A stretch of 64,000 nucleotides of DNA from Raja brachyura (lineage: Eukaryota), in contig OY740821.1 of assembly GCA_963514005.1 (NCBI GenBank), positions 14,012,001-14,076,000 on the forward strand, written 5' to 3'. A program made the position numbers and the translations under genes. Of the stretch, positions 56,801 through 62,800 are shown in pieces. Under the pieces are notes generated by a model, which made no database searches, had not been told where the DNA came from, and worked only from the letters and a program-made list of their open reading frames with translations. Each line of letters opens with the position of its first letter. Positions within the stretch are counted from its first letter, which is position 1.

Positions 56801-59800
56801 AGCCATAAATAGTCTCAATGTCTTTGTATCCACAGTGCCAAGATATTCTAAAGACTTGCAATCCCCTGGATAAATTTATTCTCTAATGATTCTTAAATAA
56901 TCAGTAACTTACTGACATTTGGTCCCTGGTTCTAAATTCTAATTAAACAAAACTGTATGCCTGACTCACTGAGTTACTCCAGCACGTTGTGCCTATCTTC
57001 AGTATGTACCAGCATCTGCAATTCCTTTGTACACAGTATCTACCCTGTCAATTCCTCTTAGAATCTGTGTTTCAATGAGATCATAATTCAATTTTCCATG
57101 TGGCAGAGAGTGTAGGCCAATTTTATACTCCCTGCATAGGGAAAGTCTTTCAAGCCAAACCTCACATTTAAGGAATTAATCTAATTAATTAGAGTACTCC
57201 AACGGCCTGGCAATAAATAGCAAGATTGAACAATACTTGGTCAATTCTTCAATTCTTTATTTCACATTATAGCTTTGTCTGCCATTGTCTCCACAGGGCC
57301 CACATTTAAAGCCCTGTCCCACGGTACGAGTTCATTCCAAGAGCTCTCCCGAGTTTAAAAAAAATCAAACTCATGGTAAGCACGGAGAATGAACGTAGTG
57401 GGTAAGTCGGAGCTCGGGGACGTCTCTTAGCGCTAACTGCAGGTACTCGGGAAGACTCACTAACGGCAGGTAAGCACGGGAAGACACGTGAAGATTTTTC
57501 AACATGTTGAAAAATGTCCACGAGAGCCCCGAGTACCGACGAGTGGCCATTACCGTAAATCTCCGAGTTCGAATCAGGGCAAACTCGGAAGAGCTCTTGA
57601 AATGAACTCGTACCGTGGGACAGGGCTTTTAGTTCTTGTTATCACTAAACTCCACCGACTCCTTCCCACCCCTCCTCCCCCAACCGCACACAGGGTACAC
57701 TGTGTGGCTGTGGGAGAACAAACTTGGTGAGGTGGTGAGGGTTAGATATATCCCCAGGGTACAATTTTGGTTCTTTAAAAAAAAAAGCTATTTTGGATTG
57801 ACACATACTAATCACGGCGCGTAACAGCACTCCAAAAGACTTTTGAATTATGAAAATTCTAAAATGAACCAATGATACAAGCAGACCAAGTCATGATTAG
57901 TTTTTGATCCAACAAAATACATTTTAATCTGCCCTTCAATGTTGCCTCAACATATCAATTAATCAGCCAACCAGCTCTGACTTCTGGTAAAGAAATTTAT
58001 TGATATTTTGTCAGAGCACTTTTCCGATAAGATGAGGCTTCTATGTGCAGGCATGGTCAGAAATATGGGCCAACATTTTGTATTTCAGTCTGTATTTTAT
58101 ATACTTGCACTCTGGCTTTCTCTTCCAGATATTTGTCTTTGTTCATGTTCAAGTCCTTTCTTTCGTTCACTAGGTTTCCATTGTATAATAGAGGATTTAA
58201 AATATAGCATCCAACAAGCATGCTTTGACATTCCACTGAAACGTTCAAGAATCTAAATACTTCTATTTTCTTCCACTCTAAGTTTAATTTTATTTATTCA
58301 TACTCTGAGACAATGTCTAATCCTGATGAAGGATTTAAAGGCAGTATTTGGGATATGATAGTGGCAGCACACTAATTAAGTCATTCATAATCCAGAGACC
58401 CAAAATTAGGTCCCAGGTGTAGAATTTAAAATTAATTTGGAAAAACCAAGTCATGCATAAGTAGGATCAACATTAAAAGCTGTATCATTACCACTACTCT
58501 CAGGAAGAATAAAATCAAACTGACTGCCTGCAATAGACCAAAGCACCAATTCAGACATGGCCAAGTTGTTCCCACCGCAGGCGATTTGACAAATTCTCTC
58601 AAAAACATCTGGGAGCCATTTAAATTGGTGACATGTGGGTTGATAGATGGCAGATGACGTTTACAGCACAAAAGGCAATGGGCATCTTCAACAAGAGGGC
58701 GAATTTTACTATTCACCCTTGGCATCAACAAATTCCCACCACGAACATCCCGGACATCACCATCAATATAAACACGTGCACTAGCCACATAATTACTGTG
58801 GCTATGGAGCAGGTCAATGGCCTGGTATCCCGTGGCAACCGACTCACCTTCTGATACCCCAAAGCCTTTTCACCAAATATAAAGAAAATGTCTGAAGCAT
58901 CTTTCTCCCTTTTAAGAACAATGTGTATTGCCACAATTTACTGCTCCTACATCATAGATCTAGTACTTGCCATTTGCTTTTTTGTTAAATCCCCTTTTAA
59001 TCACTTGCCATTTATATTTTTGCAAGGAATACCTGGAATTTTATTCTAAGGGCTTTAACTTCTACATATTTTACATTAATTCAATACACCATCATGGCTT
59101 TCACCCCACCAGCCTCCACATCCAGGTAATCTATGTGCTAGATGAAGAAGATTTACTTATTTTTTATTTTATTTCAAAATAGACTTTATTCAGGTAATAA
59201 ATATATACAAATACATGTATTTACTTAATATCGTTAAGACCAGTCTAGGGCTTTTTTTCTATTTGAAGGAACATTTAGCTTTTATGACTGGTCATTGGCA
59301 GACCATTCCCAGTACATTTTGGGGAATGGCGAGCTTAAGTACACAATGGATTATCAGAACTCACAGTAACTCAGTATATTTAAAAGGAAATCTCAGCAGT
59401 GGGAATCAAAACTGCACTTTGTTAATCCACACCAAGCTTAATTGAGCAGGTGACAAATTAAGTGTGGGCATCAAATGCTCTCCTAAAAGGTGGACATCTG
59501 TTTTGATTTGTCTGTTAATAATTATAATCACAGTAAAACATGTAGTNNNNNNNNNNNNNNNNNNNNNNNNNNNNNNNNNNNNNNNNNNNNNNNNNNNNNN
59601 NNNNNNNNNNNNNNNNNNNNNNNNNNNNNNNNNNNNNNNNNNNNNNNNNNNNNNNNNNNNNNNNNNNNNNNNNNNNNNNNNNNNNNNNNNNNNNNNNNNN
59701 NNNNNNNNNNNNNNNNNNNNNNNNNNNNNNNNNNNNNNNNNNNNNNNNNNNNNNNNNNNNNNNNNNNNNNNNNNNNNNNNNNNNNNNNNNNNNNNNNNNN

Positions 59801-62800
59801 NNNNNNNNNNNNNNNNNNNNNNNNNNNNNNNNNNNNNNNNNNNNNNNNNNNNNNNNNNNNNNNNNNNNNNNNNNNNNNNNNNNNNNNNNNNNNNNNNNNN
59901 NNNNNNNNNNNNNNNNNNNNNNNNNNNNNNNNNNNNNNNNNNNNNNNNNNNNNNNNNNNNNNNNNNNNNNNNNNNNNNNNNNNNNNNNNNNNNNNNNNNN
60001 NNNNNNNNNNNNNNNNNNNNNNNNNNNNNNNNNNNNNNNNNNNNNNNNNNNNNNNNNNNNNNNNNNNNNNNTGACAAACATGCACCAGCGGTACTGTTGA
60101 GGACAAGAGGTCAGTAACTCAACCCAAGGATGGGAGCAGGAAGACGCACAATCAAAATGACAAGTAAATGAATAACACCATTGTCAATCCCTCAAACAAA
60201 AAGCACTCCCCAGTTTCCCCCAAGTGCCACGGCATCTTATTTTATTTCCTCTATCGGTTCCCTTAGAATACATCACCCCCCCCCCCCCCCCCCCATCTAT
60301 ATCCCAATCCTACCTACGACTCTGATTTCATCCCTCCAATTCTATTTTCAGCTCCTTCAATACAAAAATCCCTTGCTCTCAAAATGCGTTCCTTGTGACT
60401 AATTAAGCTTGACCTCCTGAACGCTTCCAGCATTTTTGATGGTCTTCAACCTGAAACATTGTCTCTCTCCACGGATGCTGCCTAACCTGCTGAACAATTC
60501 TAGTTTTTAAAAAAAATTTATAACAGCAATTTTTGGAATTCCAGCATCCATTGTGCATTTGAAATAACATTGCCAAAAAAGACCAAACTATTCAATATTT
60601 ATTTTCCATAAAGTTGCTGAAACAAAATTAAAACTCAGTCTACACCTAGTATGATTATGGCAACAATATTAATTTATCTCACAACTCAGATGGCCAACTA
60701 AAATCTGCAGCTTGGTGTTCATTTCAAGTCTGTTCTGTAATGTCAGCTTATAACTAGACAGCAGATCTAAAAGCTACCCATCTCTGGCATCAGATCATCT
60801 TTCTGAAAAAACATTGTGGCATCAGCCAAAAGGGCATGCTACTGCTCAGAAAAACAAAGTTCCACATGTTATTCTGTAAGTCATTCTTCCTTCTCTCCAC
60901 TTGTTGTTGAGGTCCAGTTGCCTTTGAATAAATTTCCCCAGTAGCCATGCTTCATGTACAAATCAAATTATTGGCCATTTAATTCCACATTCAACTATAT
61001 CCCGGCTGCCAGGCACACGCAAGGGGAGGAAGTGAGGGGCAAAAACAAGAGGGAGGGAAGAGGAGAGCAAATTAAGTGAAAGGAGTAGTTTTCCCTACAC
61101 TTGTACCAATGATTTCTTACTGCCATTTGTACACAGATATTCCAAGTGGCCAGGATGTGAGTGTTTAAACATTACTGAATGTCATGAAATATTGCTCCAG
61201 ACAGCAGTACTGAAGGTATTCAATGCTTACCATCATTAGAACAGGTGCTGGCACCCACATTCTTAACACACTTCATTTACTAACAAAGGAAGCATCTCTC
61301 AAACTAACATTTACAAGTAATGATCACAGTGGCCACACTTGGTGTTAAACTGGCTTGTCCTGGTTCTTTATTGCAAATCCAGATAGCATTGCATGAACTG
61401 CAAGATAGGCAACCTGTTCTGGTTAGCACCCAGGGACAAGAATAGGAAGCTATTGTGGAGACTAAAAATAGCTCCAGTGCAGTGCATTAGTCATACATCT
61501 GGCACAAAAGATCAATTAGACTTGATGAGATGTGATGGCTTGTTTTCCAAAAAAGCGATGGAACATAATTTCCCGATTCCATAAGTGTCCTCCGCCCACT
61601 GTCCAGAACATAGATTGTTTTCTGGATACATTAGCATTTTGTTCACACATTAACAAAAAGCAGTTACAATTTAAAAATAAAATCGGATACTGGAAGTTGA
61701 AAATAAAAACCAAAAAGTGCTGGAAACAAATCAGGTTAGGCAGCATCTGTTGCAAAAGAAGCAGAGCTGATGCTTTAGTTTGAAGACCTGGAGAAGAAAG
61801 GTAGAGTTGCTGCGTTACAATACCAGAGACCCAGGTTCAATCCCGACTACAGGTGCTGTGTGTGTATGGAGTTTGTACGTTCTCCCACCGTGATCGCGTG
61901 GGTTTTCTCCGGGAGCTCCGGTTTACTCCCATACTCCAAAGATGTGCGGGTTTGTACACCTTGAACAAATCGAAAATCATAAACCCAACATCACTGAGCA
62001 CATTCCACATACCAAAGCCACACGTTTGAATGGAAACTGCCCATGTAAACTTGTCATGTTGCAATTTCATTTTTTTTTCCACTGGAAGTTTTGCCATCCT
62101 ACCATTTCTTTTGGTCAATTTATGTAAAGCAGGTCTGAAGAAGGGTCTCGACCCGAAATGATACCCATTCCTTCTATCCAGGGATGCTGCCTCTCCCGCT
62201 GAGTTACTCCAGCATTTTGTGTCTTTCTTCAGTTTAAACCAGCATCTGCAGTTCCTTCCTACCCTGATTCTAGATGTTGGAAATATTCACATCGCAAGTT
62301 AGACAACTTTATTTTGACTTGAGTAATAATTGCCTGGAACTTGCAGTTGCAATTACAGAGAAATTACAAGCATAACTATCAGCATTCATAGTCACTGACA
62401 GCAACTTCTGCCATCCCGCACCTACGCAGTTCAAAAACAGAAATCCAGTTGATGTCACAGTTCCCTGTTCCTCCGCATCTTTGTGGGTGCAAACACACAG
62501 AATCAGTGACTTGACAAGGATTTCAACATGCATTATTCTAGATGCAAAAACAAATTAAAATGTAAAATGGACTGCTAAATGAGATGTAGCTGTCTTAACA
62601 GCTCACAAGCTCAATTGTTGCTGAACAATTTCTCAAACTTTGGATGTAACAAATTGTGTGTTGATTGTTATTCCTATGGAACAATAGGTGCTAATTTCAT
62701 GGACTCCAAAAGAAAATCAAAGTTTGAGATTTCAGGTCCTACTTTAACCCAATGTGTCGTTCCTAATACAGTATTTCTGTTAAATACAGAGAAGGTGAAA

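Noticed and set aside
59406-60117. Long ORFs in the track
   Set aside because: Artefacts of the N gap.
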